A DNA stretch of 64,000 bases from Hydrogenophilales bacterium (GTDB lineage Bacteria > Pseudomonadota > Gammaproteobacteria > Burkholderiales > Thiobacillaceae), in contig JBEQCD010000001.1 in assembly GCA_041639515.1 (NCBI GenBank), forward strand, positions 27,347 to 91,346. Reading direction: 5' to 3'. Below are positions 39,196 through 49,716 of this stretch, piece by piece (the first letter of the stretch is position 1; each line of letters starts with the position of its first letter). The position numbers were made by a program, and so were the translations under genes. The notes under the pieces are model-generated. The model had not been told where the DNA came from. It saw nothing but the letters and a program-made list of their open reading frames with translations, and did not search any database.

Positions 39196-40584
39196 TCAGC
39201 CCTGCCCGGCACGCAAGGCCGGCTCAAAAGAAGCGTCTGGTTGAACATGACTGACCACATACCGGTGTTTGCCCGAGCGTTCGGCGGGAATGTGGTCACG
39301 CAACACACACTCGATCCGGCAGGGTCCGCCGAGCCGCTTTTGCAGACCGGAGACAACGGACTGCCAGGATTCGTCCCGCCAGTCTTCACCGGGCACAACA
39401 CTGACTTCGATATGGTCGAGGGCCTGCTGCACGATCTTGAACTGCGCGACGCCCGGCGTGGCCCGCAGCACATAGATCACGGCCAGCGCATGCATGATGC
39501 GGCCGTCGGGCGTGACGATGAAATCGGTCTGCCGGCCCACGACGGAATCGAGCACGGCGAGGCTGCGCCCGCCCGGGTCGGCCCGGCTGCCGGCCTGCAC
39601 CACATCGCCCGTCCGGTAGCGGATGAAAGGCTGCGCCTCGGATACCAGGCTGGTGATCACCGCCTCGCCCGTCTCGGCTGGCTGACCCGATTCGTCCAGC
39701 ACCTCGATGATGTGCGTTTCGCTCATCTGCAACAGCACGCCGTCAGGTGATTCCAGCGCCATCAGCCCGGCATCCCGTGCGCCGTATTCCACTGCGGCCG
39801 GCACCCCGAATACCCGTTCGATCAACTCGCGCTGATGCGGAAACAGGGGTTCGCCCGTCGTCGCCACCACGCGCAAGGCCGGCAACTTCAGTGTTCGGCC
39901 GCGTGCTTCGGCGTGGGCAGCGAGCAGGGCCAGGCTGCTGGCGTAGCCGTAGATGGCCAGCGGGTTCCAGCACGCGATGGCATCGAGGTACTCGTCCATG
40001 CGCGCCGGCGACATTTCGAATGCATTCAGGAGCAGTTGGTTGACCAGACGATCGCGCAGGGTCTTGATGCGGTCGGTCTTGTTGAGCTCGACCGGTGCCC
40101 CCCACAGGTAGACTTCGCGGTCGCCGGGCTGCACGCCCCACCAGCGCCGTGCGCGCAGGCGCCCGGCGGCGTCGGCCGCCTGCCGGGCACGGCCGAAATG
40201 GAATATCAGCGGCTCACCAGAAGAGCCCCCCGTGGTGTAGGGAAACACGCCGCCGGGGGCGTCACGCCAGACCAGGCGGTCGACCTGCTCACGCGCATTG
40301 CGCTTGTCCATCGTCGGCAACCGCGCCAGATCCGCCAGCGACACGCTACCGTCACGTGTCGCCTCGGCCAGCCCCGCCGCCTGGATGCGTGCCGCATGCC
40401 AGGGGCTGTGTGCAAGCGCCGTCGCCAGTAGCTGGTTCAGGCGCACACGCTGCAATTCAGCCACCTCGGCCGGACTCCGCCACTGGCTCAGTTCGAGTTC
40501 AGCCAGCACCCGGAAAGTGGGCCGATGCAGGGCGGCTTCCTGCGCCCGGAAGATGCTACGGGCAAGCCAGCCGGGCACACTCAT
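39196..40584 (-). CDS. CapK/phenylacetate-CoA ligase family adenylate-forming protein
   Basis: TTGGSSGEP, EYGARD, IRYRTGD, GRQTD and SGKHR motifs. Confidence 0.88.
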   Translation of the reverse strand: MSVPGWLARSIFRAQEAALHRPTFRVLAELELSQWRSPAEVAELQRVRLNQLLATALAHSPWHAARIQAAGLAEATRDGSVSLADLARLPTMDKRNAREQVDRLVWRDAPGGVFPYTTGGSSGEPLIFHFGRARQAADAAGRLRARRWWGVQPGDREVYLWGAPVELNKTDRIKTLRDRLVNQLLLNAFEMSPARMDEYLDAIACWNPLAIYGYASSLALLAAHAEARGRTLKLPALRVVATTGEPLFPHQRELIERVFGVPAAVEYGARDAGLMALESPDGVLLQMSETHIIEVLDESGQPAETGEAVITSLVSEAQPFIRYRTGDVVQAGSRADPGGRSLAVLDSVVGRQTDFIVTPDGRIMHALAVIYVLRATPGVAQFKIVQQALDHIEVSVVPGEDWRDESWQSVVSGLQKRLGGPCRIECVLRDHIPAERSGKHRYVVSHVQPDASFEPALRAGQG

Positions 40585-41417
40585 GGTTCATCTCCCTGCA
40601 AGGCTGCGAAGCGCGCCAGCAAGGCATCGCACAAGTCCGCAATTTCCGGCGCAATGCCTTCGGGTGCGCGGTGTTTGACTGAGCGGGCATGAATCCGTCC
40701 TGCAATGCGCGCGCTGAAATCCGGCAGGCCGACGAAATCATGGACACGCGCCACGGCCTCGAGCGGGTCCTGCACGAGGCGTTCGTAGAACAGCACCTTC
40801 ACGCGCGGATCGGATTCGAGCTGCTGTTCAAAGAACAGCACATTGCGGTAGTACCACATGATCGCCGCACCCTCGGCTTCGCTGGCGTGGTCCCGCAACA
40901 GGCGAGTCAGCATGGCGCGGGTGTCGGCCGACATGCCGCGCCCACGCCAGTCGCTGCTGTCCCCCGCTGCCAGTCGTCGCCACTGCGGCACGAAATTGCC
41001 GAACGACTTGACTGCAGAATGCACGCTGTCGCGCCAGTCCCGCACGACCCACAAGGTTCTTGCGGGGGCGAATTCATCCATGAGGTGACGGATGCGATCC
41101 AGCTCGCACAGGGCCTTGATCACGAACACCGGGGCAGGAGAATGCGTTGCCAGTGCATGGATGGTCCGGATGTCGCGCATCTCGTAACGGTCGAAGGCGC
41201 GAGGGTCGGTCTCGTGATAGACATCGGTTGCCAGGCTCGCGTCGAATACGTCCATCAGCAGATTCGTGCCGGAACGCTGCATGCCCGCCACGAACACGTG
41301 CTGCGTCCGCTTGCGCGGCTGCATCCGCTGACGCAGTGCCTTGCCCAGACGCCAGGCGACATGGCGCATCCGGGTGACGAGGCTGCGCGCGTCGTGTCCG
41401 GTGGCGGGCGCGCTCAT
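40581..41417 (-). CDS. PAPS-dependent sulfotransferase
   Basis: FVAGMQRSGTN 5'-PSB; VRDWRDSVHS 3'-PB; YERLVQDP. Confidence 0.85.
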   Translation of the reverse strand: MSAPATGHDARSLVTRMRHVAWRLGKALRQRMQPRKRTQHVFVAGMQRSGTNLLMDVFDASLATDVYHETDPRAFDRYEMRDIRTIHALATHSPAPVFVIKALCELDRIRHLMDEFAPARTLWVVRDWRDSVHSAVKSFGNFVPQWRRLAAGDSSDWRGRGMSADTRAMLTRLLRDHASEAEGAAIMWYYRNVLFFEQQLESDPRVKVLFYERLVQDPLEAVARVHDFVGLPDFSARIAGRIHARSVKHRAPEGIAPEIADLCDALLARFAALQGDEP

Positions 41418-42637
41418 GACCGGATCTCTTCGGTTGCCGGGGACAGCGGATCACGCAGCAGCGGCGCAAACGCCCGCAACAGTTGCGCCACCCGCTTGTC
41501 CCACTGATTGTCCTGCGCATACGCGAGGATGGCCGCCCGGTTCCATTCAACCGTCAGGGCCTGATCGAGCGCCCCCGCCAGGGCATCGGCATCGCCGAAC
41601 GGCACGATGGTGCCCAGCTCGGGACGGCACACCACTTCGGCATTGCCACCCACGTCGGTGCTGATCACCGGCAGCCCGCACGCCATGGCTTCGAGAAAGA
41701 CATTGGCCCAGCCTTCGTTGCGCGTCGACAGGACAAAAACGTCGGCTGCGGACAAGGGCCATTTCAGTTCCGCCGGCGGCAGCGCACCCAGAAAATGCAC
41801 CCGCGACGACACGCCCAGCCGGTCGGCCTGCGCAGCGAGTTCGGCCCGCATGTCGCCCTCGGGACTGGCACCGCCGACGATCAGGTAATGCAGGTCGGGA
41901 TGTGCTTTCAGCAAACCCGGCAGGCAATCGATGACGCGATGCATGCCCTTGCGCTCGACCAGTCCGCCCACGGAGATCAGCACCTTCGCTGAGGCGGGCA
42001 GGCCCGCTTTCTGGCGAGCGACCGCGCGATCGACGGGATGGAACACGTCAGTGTCGACGCCGTTCCCCACGACCTCGGTCTTGTCGGGCGAGGCCCCGAG
42101 CTCGAGTGCCAGCCGGCGCAGCGAATCCGACACGCTGAAGATGCGCGTGGCGGCGCCCAGGGTCCGAACCAGACGGGGGCGCAGGACGGGATTCTTGCTG
42201 TGCGGGACTTCTGTGCCACGCAGGGTGAGGGTCACCGGCAAATCGAGCCAGCGGCCCAGCCGGGTGGCGGCTTCACCGTCCGGGTAGGCAAAGTGTGCGT
42301 CGATGAGTCGTGCGCCCTCGCTGCGCAGGCGACGCATGAGGCCCCATGTGGCCAGCGCCATCGACCAGCCATCCAGCCGGCGCAACACACCGGGGAGTGC
42401 CAGGAAGCGCGGGTGGTGGACAGTGATGCCCTGCTGGATTTCCATCGCGGGCGCGGCCGGCCGGTAACCGGGCCGGAACCGCCGGATCAGCCCCTGGCCG
42501 GGAAACCAGGCTTGCGGCGACACCACCACCAGCGAACGGTGGCGCGCCACGCGGAACATGCGCTCGCGGATGAACAGCCCCGCGCCGGGCCGAACGGCGC
42601 TGGGAAACAGCGAGCTGAACACCACCAGTTCAGCCAA
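41414..42637 (-). CDS. Glycosyltransferase family 4 (TuaC-like)
   Basis: DAHFAYPDG, VGGLVERKG and EGWANVFLEAMACG motifs. Confidence 0.92.
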   Translation of the reverse strand: MAELVVFSSLFPSAVRPGAGLFIRERMFRVARHRSLVVVSPQAWFPGQGLIRRFRPGYRPAAPAMEIQQGITVHHPRFLALPGVLRRLDGWSMALATWGLMRRLRSEGARLIDAHFAYPDGEAATRLGRWLDLPVTLTLRGTEVPHSKNPVLRPRLVRTLGAATRIFSVSDSLRRLALELGASPDKTEVVGNGVDTDVFHPVDRAVARQKAGLPASAKVLISVGGLVERKGMHRVIDCLPGLLKAHPDLHYLIVGGASPEGDMRAELAAQADRLGVSSRVHFLGALPPAELKWPLSAADVFVLSTRNEGWANVFLEAMACGLPVISTDVGGNAEVVCRPELGTIVPFGDADALAGALDQALTVEWNRAAILAYAQDNQWDKRVAQLLRAFAPLLRDPLSPATEEIRS

Positions 42638-43862
42638 CGAAGGCCTCCCGCACGGGCTTCATCAGGCTGCCGTAGACACCCCGGTAGCGCGCCACGCTCG
42701 CCGCCCAGTTGCGCTCGGTTTCGACGAAGTGGCGGCCGTTCCGCCTGAGCGCGTCCCAGCCCTGCTCGTATTTCAGCAGCGCCACCACCTTGCTGGCGAG
42801 ATCACCCGCCTGCCCGGCGCGGAACAGCACGCCGGTCCTCCCGTCCTGGATCAATTCCTTGTGGCCGCCCACATCGGAGGCCACCATCAGCCGCCCCTGC
42901 GCCATGGCTTCCAGCGGCTTCAGTGGCGTGACCAGTTCGGTCAGCCGCATGGGATGGCGCGCATACACCAGCACGTCGACCAGATCGTAGTAGCGGTTCA
43001 CCTCGGCGTGCGGCACCCGGCCAGTGAAAATGACCTTGTCCGTGAGGTCGAGCGCCATCACCTGCTGCTTGAGTGCGGCTTCCTGCGGCCCGCCCCCCAC
43101 GAGCAGGAGCTTCACGTCCGGCGTCTGTTTGAGGATGGCCGGCAGGGCGGCGATCAGGAGATCGAGCCCCTCGTAGGCATAGAACGAACCAATGAAGCCG
43201 AGTACACGACTCGCGCCCAGGCCCAGTTTCAACTTGAGCTCCGGATCGGCCCGCCCACCGGTTTCGAACTTGTCGATATCGACCGCGTTGGGAATGACCG
43301 TGATCTTGCCCGCCGGCACGCCGCGCGCCACCAGATCGGCACGCAGGCCTTCGCAGATGACCGTGACGGCGTCGGCCCGCTTCACCGCCCAGGTCTCCAG
43401 CGCACGCGTCAATCGGTAGCGCAGGCTGCCCTCGGTCGTGGTGCCGTGATCGACCGCTGCGTCTTCCCAGAATGCCCGGATTTCGTAGACCATCGGGATG
43501 CCGAGCTTTTTGCCGACTCGGATCGCTGGGATGCCGTCGAGCACCGGCGAATGCGCGTGGATCACGTCGGGTTGCAGTTCGCGCGCCAGCGGCAGCAGAC
43601 GTTTTTCGATGGCCCCCATCACCGCAAACGGGTCGCCCCCCGGCAGGCGGGCCAGAAGGCCAGCGGGTTTGGGCGTGCGGTAGAAGTGCAGGCCGTCGGC
43701 GTCTTCTTCCGCCACCGTGCAGTCGAGCTGCTTGGGGCCGGACAGATGGAAGGTCTCCCAGCCGAGCTTGCGCTGCTCGCGCAGGATGGCGGCACTGCGA
43801 AACGTATAGCCGGAGTGCAGCGGCAGGGTGTGATCGAACACGTGCAGGATTTTCATCGTCAT
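42630..43862 (-). CDS. PEP-CTERM/XrtA system glycosyltransferase (TIGR04063-type GT4)
   Basis: MKILHVFDHTLPLHSGY, YEIRAFWEDA and TPLKPLEAMA motifs. Confidence 0.92.
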   Translation of the reverse strand: MTMKILHVFDHTLPLHSGYTFRSAAILREQRKLGWETFHLSGPKQLDCTVAEEDADGLHFYRTPKPAGLLARLPGGDPFAVMGAIEKRLLPLARELQPDVIHAHSPVLDGIPAIRVGKKLGIPMVYEIRAFWEDAAVDHGTTTEGSLRYRLTRALETWAVKRADAVTVICEGLRADLVARGVPAGKITVIPNAVDIDKFETGGRADPELKLKLGLGASRVLGFIGSFYAYEGLDLLIAALPAILKQTPDVKLLLVGGGPQEAALKQQVMALDLTDKVIFTGRVPHAEVNRYYDLVDVLVYARHPMRLTELVTPLKPLEAMAQGRLMVASDVGGHKELIQDGRTGVLFRAGQAGDLASKVVALLKYEQGWDALRRNGRHFVETERNWAASVARYRGVYGSLMKPVREAFVG

Positions 43863-45778
43863 GCGGCCTGGCGTGCGTCCTCGTTCATGCCCAGCACCTG
43901 GCCCAGGAAGGCATCGAACATCAGCACCGTCCACAGGATCACCGAGTAATCGCGGCGACCGGACTGGTGGGCCTCAACCACTTCACGCAGGTAGCCCTGG
44001 TTGAAGAGCCCGGTCGACGCTAGGCGTTCACCCAGCACCACACCCTTGATGGTGGCGGCGAGCGGGCCGCGGAACCAGGCAGCCAGCGGCACGGAAAAGC
44101 CCATTTTCTTGCGGTACAGCACGTCATGCGGCAGATAGGGTTCCATCGATTTTTTCAGCAGGTACTTGCCTTCGGTACCGTTGAGCTTGAGGTCGGTGGG
44201 CAAGCCCGACACCCAGCCCATGAGTTCATGGTCGAGCAGCGGTTCGCGCACTTCGAGCGCATGCGCCATGCTGGCGCGGTCGACCTTGGTGAGGATGTCG
44301 CCGACCAGATAGGTCTTCATGTCGAGGTATTGCACCAGCGAAAGCGGGTCGTCGGTGGGGGCCACGGCCGCGTGACGGCGCAGCACTTCCACGGCTTCGT
44401 ATCCCTGGAGCTCGCGCTTGAACGCGGGCGAGAACAGTTGCTTGCGCTGCGCATCGGTCAGCAGCGACACGCCATGGAAATAGCCCTCCACCGTATCGCG
44501 CGCCAGCGCCTCGAAGGTGGTCTTGGCACGGAATACCTTGGGTGCCCAGTCGGCCTTGGGATAGAGCCGGCCCAGTGCGCCGAAGAGCGGCCGGCGCAGC
44601 ATCAACGGCAGCGCCGAACGCATGCGCTCCTCGTAGCGGAACCAGCGGTAGCGCCGGTAGCCGGCAAAGTGCTCGTCGCCGCCGTCGCCGGACAGCGCGA
44701 CCTTGACGTGTTTTCTGGCCAGCTCGCACACCCGGTAGGTGGGCAGGGCGGACGAGTCGGCATAGGGTTCGTCGTACACGCTGGCGAGTTGATCGACGAG
44801 GCTGAAATCGTCTGCGGCAACGGTCTCGACGTGATGGGTGGTCTTGTAGCGGTCGGCCACCTGTTGCGCGAATTCGATTTCATTGAAGGCCGGATCGTCG
44901 AAGCCGATCGAGCAGGTATTGACCGGCGTTTTCGACTGGGTGGCCATCATCGCCACCACGGCGCTCGAATCGACACCGCCGGAGAGGAACGCGCCCAGCG
45001 GCACGTCGGCAATCATGCGCAGGCGGATGGATTCCTGCATCCGTGCAATCAGTTCGGCCTCGGCTTCCGCCTCGTCCTTGACTGACACGGGCGTGAACGG
45101 CATGTCCCAGTATTGTTTCGGCAACGCGCGGGCCTCGCCGCGCTTGAGGGTCAGGGTATAACCGGGCGGCAGTTTGTAGACGCGCTTGAAGATGGTGCGC
45201 GGCTCGGGCACATAGCCATAGGCAAAATATTCCTCGACGGCCAGCGGGTCGATATCGCGCGCGAGGCCAGGATGCGCCATCAGTGACTTGAGCTCCGAGC
45301 CGAAGATGAATTCGCCCGTTTCGAGGAAGGCGTAGTACAGCGGTTTCACCCCGAAGCGGTCGCGCACCACGAACAGCGTCTGCTGGTTGCGATCCCACAG
45401 TGCAAAGGCAAACATGCCGCGAAAGCGCGCCACACAGGCTTCTCCCCAGGCTTCCCAAGCGTGGACGATGACTTCGGTGTCGGAGTGGGTGCGGAAAGTG
45501 TGGCCCAGGGCTTCGAGCTCGGGCACGAGTTCCTGAAAGTTGTAGATTTCGCCGTTGAACACGACGACGACCGAGCCATCCTCGTTGAACAGCGGCTGCT
45601 GGCCGGTGGACAGGTCGATGATAGACAGCCGCCGGTGGCCCAGTCCCACGCCCGGTTCCAGATGCAGGCCGCCTTCGTCGGGGCCGCGATGGAACTGCGT
45701 TTCGTTCATGCGATGGAGCAGCGCGCGTGGAATCTCGCTCGCTTCACGGGTATCGAAAATGCCGGTAATGCCGCACAT
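43859..45778 (-). CDS. asnB: XrtA/PEP-CTERM system glutamine amidotransferase (asparagine synthetase family)
   Basis: MCGITG, HRGPD, NGEIYN, LSGGVDSS and KVDRASMAH motifs. Confidence 0.94.
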   Translation of the reverse strand: MCGITGIFDTREASEIPRALLHRMNETQFHRGPDEGGLHLEPGVGLGHRRLSIIDLSTGQQPLFNEDGSVVVVFNGEIYNFQELVPELEALGHTFRTHSDTEVIVHAWEAWGEACVARFRGMFAFALWDRNQQTLFVVRDRFGVKPLYYAFLETGEFIFGSELKSLMAHPGLARDIDPLAVEEYFAYGYVPEPRTIFKRVYKLPPGYTLTLKRGEARALPKQYWDMPFTPVSVKDEAEAEAELIARMQESIRLRMIADVPLGAFLSGGVDSSAVVAMMATQSKTPVNTCSIGFDDPAFNEIEFAQQVADRYKTTHHVETVAADDFSLVDQLASVYDEPYADSSALPTYRVCELARKHVKVALSGDGGDEHFAGYRRYRWFRYEERMRSALPLMLRRPLFGALGRLYPKADWAPKVFRAKTTFEALARDTVEGYFHGVSLLTDAQRKQLFSPAFKRELQGYEAVEVLRRHAAVAPTDDPLSLVQYLDMKTYLVGDILTKVDRASMAHALEVREPLLDHELMGWVSGLPTDLKLNGTEGKYLLKKSMEPYLPHDVLYRKKMGFSVPLAAWFRGPLAATIKGVVLGERLASTGLFNQGYLREVVEAHQSGRRDYSVILWTVLMFDAFLGQVLGMNEDARQAA

Positions 45779-45786
45779 GGTATGAG

Positions 45787-46956
45787 TCAGGTTCCTGTCG
45801 AGTTTTCGCGCGAGTCGGCGGCCTTCCAGCGTCCCAGGGTGTGATCGTAGACCGTGGCATAGGCCTCGGCCATGGCCGGGATGCTGAAACGCGCCTCCGC
45901 CTCGCGGCGGGCGGCGTCGCCCTGTACCCGGATCGTTTCGGGTGCCTCGCCGTATTCCAGCAAGGCCTGTGCCATATCGGCCACGTCGCCGGCCCGGACC
46001 AGCCGGCCATGGCCGCTGTCGACCAGTTCGACGTTGCCACCCACCGCCGTGGCGATCACGGGCAAGCCGGTGGCCAGCGCCTCCAGTATGGTATTGGAGA
46101 TGCCCTCGTTTTTCGAGGGCAGCACGAACACGTCGAAGGTGCGCATGAGATCGGCAATGTCATGGCGTTCGCCCGGCAACCAGGCGAACCGGGCCAAGCC
46201 GGCTTCATCGAGCCGGCGCTGGCAGGCGGCACGGGCCAGGCCCTCGCCCACGATGACCAGACGCGTGCCGCCGGCCAGCGCGGGGGCCTGCCGGTGCAGA
46301 AGGAGGTAGGCCTCGACCAGCGCGGGATAGTCCTTGACCTCAACCATGCGTCCCACCGAACCGAACACCAGGCTGTCGGCATCGGCAAAACCGGCCGGCA
46401 GGCCTTCTGGGCGCGCGTCTGCGCGGGGGCGGAATTTTTCGCCATCGACGCCGTTGTAGATCTGGTGCAGCTTGCGCAGCGGCACGCCAATCTGCAGGCG
46501 CAGCCAGGTTTCGAGGTCGCGGCTCACCGCAATGTAGTTCGACACGAACGGCCGCGCGGCGCGGCGCAGCAGGTTGTATTTCCAGTTTTGCCCATACAGG
46601 TCGAACACGTCGCGGCCGTGCTCGCCATGCACCGTGGCACGGATGCCCGCTGCGGCCGCGACGAATTGCGCTTCGAGCGCAGCCAGGTTGCGCGTGTGGA
46701 CGAGATCGGGTTTGAGGTCGCGCAGCAGTCGCCAGAGTTTTTTTGTCCACCCCAGGCCGTGCCCGGGCGCACGATGCAGGGCATGGAAATCGACGGGCTG
46801 GGCCTGGATGCGATGGCGAAAATCACCGTAGTCGGTGAGCGCGATCACGCTGTGGCGGAAGCGCTCGGGCGACAGGGTGTTGAACAGGTTGACCATGCCG
46901 TTTTCCATGCCGCCGGTGTCGAACCGGTGGACGATGTGGACGACGTGCGCGGTCAC
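45787..46956 (-). CDS. PEP-CTERM/XrtA sugar transferase (TIGR03088-type GT4)
   Basis: GGMENG, HTRNLAALE, HGEHGRD and EGISNTILEA motifs; GTG overlaps the xrtA stop. Confidence 0.92.
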   Translation of the reverse strand: MTAHVVHIVHRFDTGGMENGMVNLFNTLSPERFRHSVIALTDYGDFRHRIQAQPVDFHALHRAPGHGLGWTKKLWRLLRDLKPDLVHTRNLAALEAQFVAAAAGIRATVHGEHGRDVFDLYGQNWKYNLLRRAARPFVSNYIAVSRDLETWLRLQIGVPLRKLHQIYNGVDGEKFRPRADARPEGLPAGFADADSLVFGSVGRMVEVKDYPALVEAYLLLHRQAPALAGGTRLVIVGEGLARAACQRRLDEAGLARFAWLPGERHDIADLMRTFDVFVLPSKNEGISNTILEALATGLPVIATAVGGNVELVDSGHGRLVRAGDVADMAQALLEYGEAPETIRVQGDAARREAEARFSIPAMAEAYATVYDHTLGRWKAADSRENSTGT

Positions 46957-48497
46957 GGAGCCTCGACGGTGGCCAAGGCGCGGGCGATCGCAGGTTGCAT
47001 CTCGGCCGCAAAGCGGGCGAGCGTCGCACGCGCCGCTTCGGTCGATTCCGCATCGTCGTAGGGCGTGGCGATCAGCACCGATGCACCGTCGTCTCGCGCA
47101 CCGCGCACGCGGTCGAAAGCCAGCACCAGCTTGGCGTACTGGTCGTTCACCGTAGGCTGGCCATTGACGACGTTCCACTGCCAGACCAGCAGGCGCTGGC
47201 CGTCCGCGCCGCGCATCCTGGCCTGGCGCACGGGATGGAGCTGGCCGGCGATGTCCACCGTGGTCAGGGTTTCACCCACATTCGACCAGTGCGGATCCTT
47301 CTGCTTGATCATGAAATTCTGCGAATTCACCAGCTCGGCGTCCTGACGCTGGGTCGCGTAGTAATTGATTTCGATCAGGACGGGCTGCTGGTCGCGTACG
47401 AACTGATCACGCGCCTGCCGGTCGGCCCCCACCCAGTGGGGCGTCCAGGTGGTGAAAGCCGGGGCGGGCTGCCAGCCGGATGCGGCCTCGACCGTCAGCG
47501 TGGGCATGGACGGCAGGGGACGGGACGCCAGCCAGCTGGCGTAGAGGGGTGCCACCGCAACCAGCAGCGCCGCCACCGCCGCAGCCGGCATCACGCCCAT
47601 GCGGGCAGCACGCGAGCGGCTCAGGGGTCGCGCAGGCACGGCAGGCTCGGGCTGGTCGTCTTCGCGCCAGAAACTGCCGATCCAGAACAGCAGCAGCATG
47701 ACAAATCCGAAAAACACCCAGCCGTAGATGTAATGGTCCACCCCCAGCGCGAGTTTCATGTCCGACAGGTGCGCGATCATCACAATCATGTAGGCGCGGC
47801 CACTGTTGGCGAATATCGGCACGATGAGCGCAGCAATGGAAAACAGCACGCGACGCTTCCAGGACCGATAGGTGAGATAGGCATAGAGCACGCCGAGCGT
47901 GACCGAGGCGATGAGGTAGCGCAGGCCCGAGCAGCCCTCGACCACCGACCAGTCGCCGCTGGGGATGCTGAAGAACATGCCTTCGCGGTAGACGGGAATG
48001 CCGGTCGCCTGGAGCATCGCCACGGTGAAATCGGCCGTCACGCCCATCAGCGGCTGGATCAGGAATTCCCCCACCGGCACGGCGAAGAACAGGAACATCA
48101 GGGGAAAGAACAGCGCCCACACCACAGCCCAGCCCAGCACGGCCCATACCGCAGTGATCAGGATGGCGATGAAGGCATATTGCGCCACCACATTCACGCT
48201 GCCCGCGTCCGCCAGCAGCCAGCCGGCAGCCGCTACCGCCAGGGCCAGCAACCCACGGCCATCAGGATGCGGGGTGAGCGTTGCCAGCGCCTCGCGCCGC
48301 CGCCAGATCAGCCACAGACTGATGGGGAAAATGAGGTAGCCATGCGCGAAGGTCTCGGAGCGTTCCCAGACTTCGGCCATGGAGAAAAAGGTGGGCCAGA
48401 GCAGCACAAAAACCACAGCCACCACGGCAGACATGGCCAACCCTGCGCGCATCCAGCTGGACGGGGTGGCGGAAATCGAATCGGACAGGGGTTTCAT
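46953..48497 (-). CDS. xrtA: Exosortase A (EpsH domain + EpsI-like C-terminal domain)
   Basis: TFAHGYLI; catalytic VVEGCSGLRYL (Cys), NSGRAY (Arg) and VDHYIYGW (His). Confidence 0.96.
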   Translation of the reverse strand: MKPLSDSISATPSSWMRAGLAMSAVVAVVFVLLWPTFFSMAEVWERSETFAHGYLIFPISLWLIWRRREALATLTPHPDGRGLLALAVAAAGWLLADAGSVNVVAQYAFIAILITAVWAVLGWAVVWALFFPLMFLFFAVPVGEFLIQPLMGVTADFTVAMLQATGIPVYREGMFFSIPSGDWSVVEGCSGLRYLIASVTLGVLYAYLTYRSWKRRVLFSIAALIVPIFANSGRAYMIVMIAHLSDMKLALGVDHYIYGWVFFGFVMLLLFWIGSFWREDDQPEPAVPARPLSRSRAARMGVMPAAAVAALLVAVAPLYASWLASRPLPSMPTLTVEAASGWQPAPAFTTWTPHWVGADRQARDQFVRDQQPVLIEINYYATQRQDAELVNSQNFMIKQKDPHWSNVGETLTTVDIAGQLHPVRQARMRGADGQRLLVWQWNVVNGQPTVNDQYAKLVLAFDRVRGARDDGASVLIATPYDDAESTEAARATLARFAAEMQPAIARALATVEAP

Positions 48498-49714
48498 ACG
48501 GGGCAGATCTCCAGCGAACCGCGCGCGGCAGCGGTGGCGTCCAGCGACGCCTCCACCGCAGCCAGATTGCGCGTCCAGTCGTAACGTTCGAGTATGCAGG
48601 CACGGGCCTCGGGATTGCGCACAGGCTGGCGCGCACAGGCGATCACGCTGGCTGCAAATTCGGTTGCATCATGAGCAAGTGTGTAATCCCGGCCGGCCTC
48701 TGCACGGATGCCCTCTGCCGCCTGCGGGCTGGTGACGACCGGACAGGCCATGGCCATGGCCTCCAGCACCTTGTTCTGCACCCCGCGCGCGATGCGCAGC
48801 GGTGCAACGGCACACACCGCATGGGCCAGATAGGGCCGCACGTCGGGCACGCTTCCGGTCACGATCACGCCTGGCTGGCGGGCGAGCGCCAGCACGGCAT
48901 CACTGGGCCGGCTGCCGACAATGACAAAGCGTGCAGCCGGTACGGCATCGTGGATGGCGGGAAACATGCGCTCGGCAAACCAGGTGACGGCGTCGACGTT
49001 GGGCCAATAATCCATGGCCCCGGTGAACACGATGGCGCGCTCATCGGCTTTGAACGGGCTGTCGTGCGCCAGATCAGGCGAAAAATACGCTGCATCGACA
49101 CCGTTCTCGAAAGCCCCGATCCGGTCGGCGGCCTCCGGTACGCGGGTTCTCAGGAGTGCAGCCTCATCCTGCGAAACCAGCAGGGTCGCATCGAACCGGC
49201 GCGCCGTGTCGGCTTCCCACTCGGCCAGTTTCCTCCCCTCGCGCGCATAGACCCAGGACAGGGGCCAGCGCTGGGTCGAGGCATATTGCGTCCACTTGTC
49301 GGAATCGACGTCGACCATGTCGAGCACGCGTTTTTCCAGCGGAGGCATGAACTGCGCCATGGCAGAGGAAAAAGCCAGGCCATGCGAAACTGTACCGGCT
49401 TGTGCCAGGGCATGTGCCCACGCACGCAAGCCGGCATGGCGGTAGTACGGCAGGGTCAGGGCTTTGCCCGACAGCAAACCGGAGAGGCTGGCCAGCCTGG
49501 CGCGGCGCGTGTTCAGCGGCACGAGCTTCACTGACGCACAGTAGGGGGCCAGCGCCTCCGCATACTGCCAGTCATCCGGATCGTCCACGAATGCGCCGAG
49601 ATGAATCTCGTAGCGTTGCGACAGGTGCCGCAGCAGATGGAACGAGCGTATCTTGTCACCCTTGTTGGGCGGAAACGGGATGCGGTGCGCGAGAAAGAGC
49701 AGGCCCGGTTTCAT
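48494..49714 (-). CDS. PEP-CTERM/XrtA sugar transferase (TIGR03087-type)
   Basis: HRIPFPPNKGDKIRS, DVDSDKW and ARGVQNKVLEAMA motifs. Confidence 0.93.
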   Translation of the reverse strand: MKPGLLFLAHRIPFPPNKGDKIRSFHLLRHLSQRYEIHLGAFVDDPDDWQYAEALAPYCASVKLVPLNTRRARLASLSGLLSGKALTLPYYRHAGLRAWAHALAQAGTVSHGLAFSSAMAQFMPPLEKRVLDMVDVDSDKWTQYASTQRWPLSWVYAREGRKLAEWEADTARRFDATLLVSQDEAALLRTRVPEAADRIGAFENGVDAAYFSPDLAHDSPFKADERAIVFTGAMDYWPNVDAVTWFAERMFPAIHDAVPAARFVIVGSRPSDAVLALARQPGVIVTGSVPDVRPYLAHAVCAVAPLRIARGVQNKVLEAMAMACPVVTSPQAAEGIRAEAGRDYTLAHDATEFAASVIACARQPVRNPEARACILERYDWTRNLAAVEASLDATAAARGSLEICPV

Positions 49715-49716
49715 GC

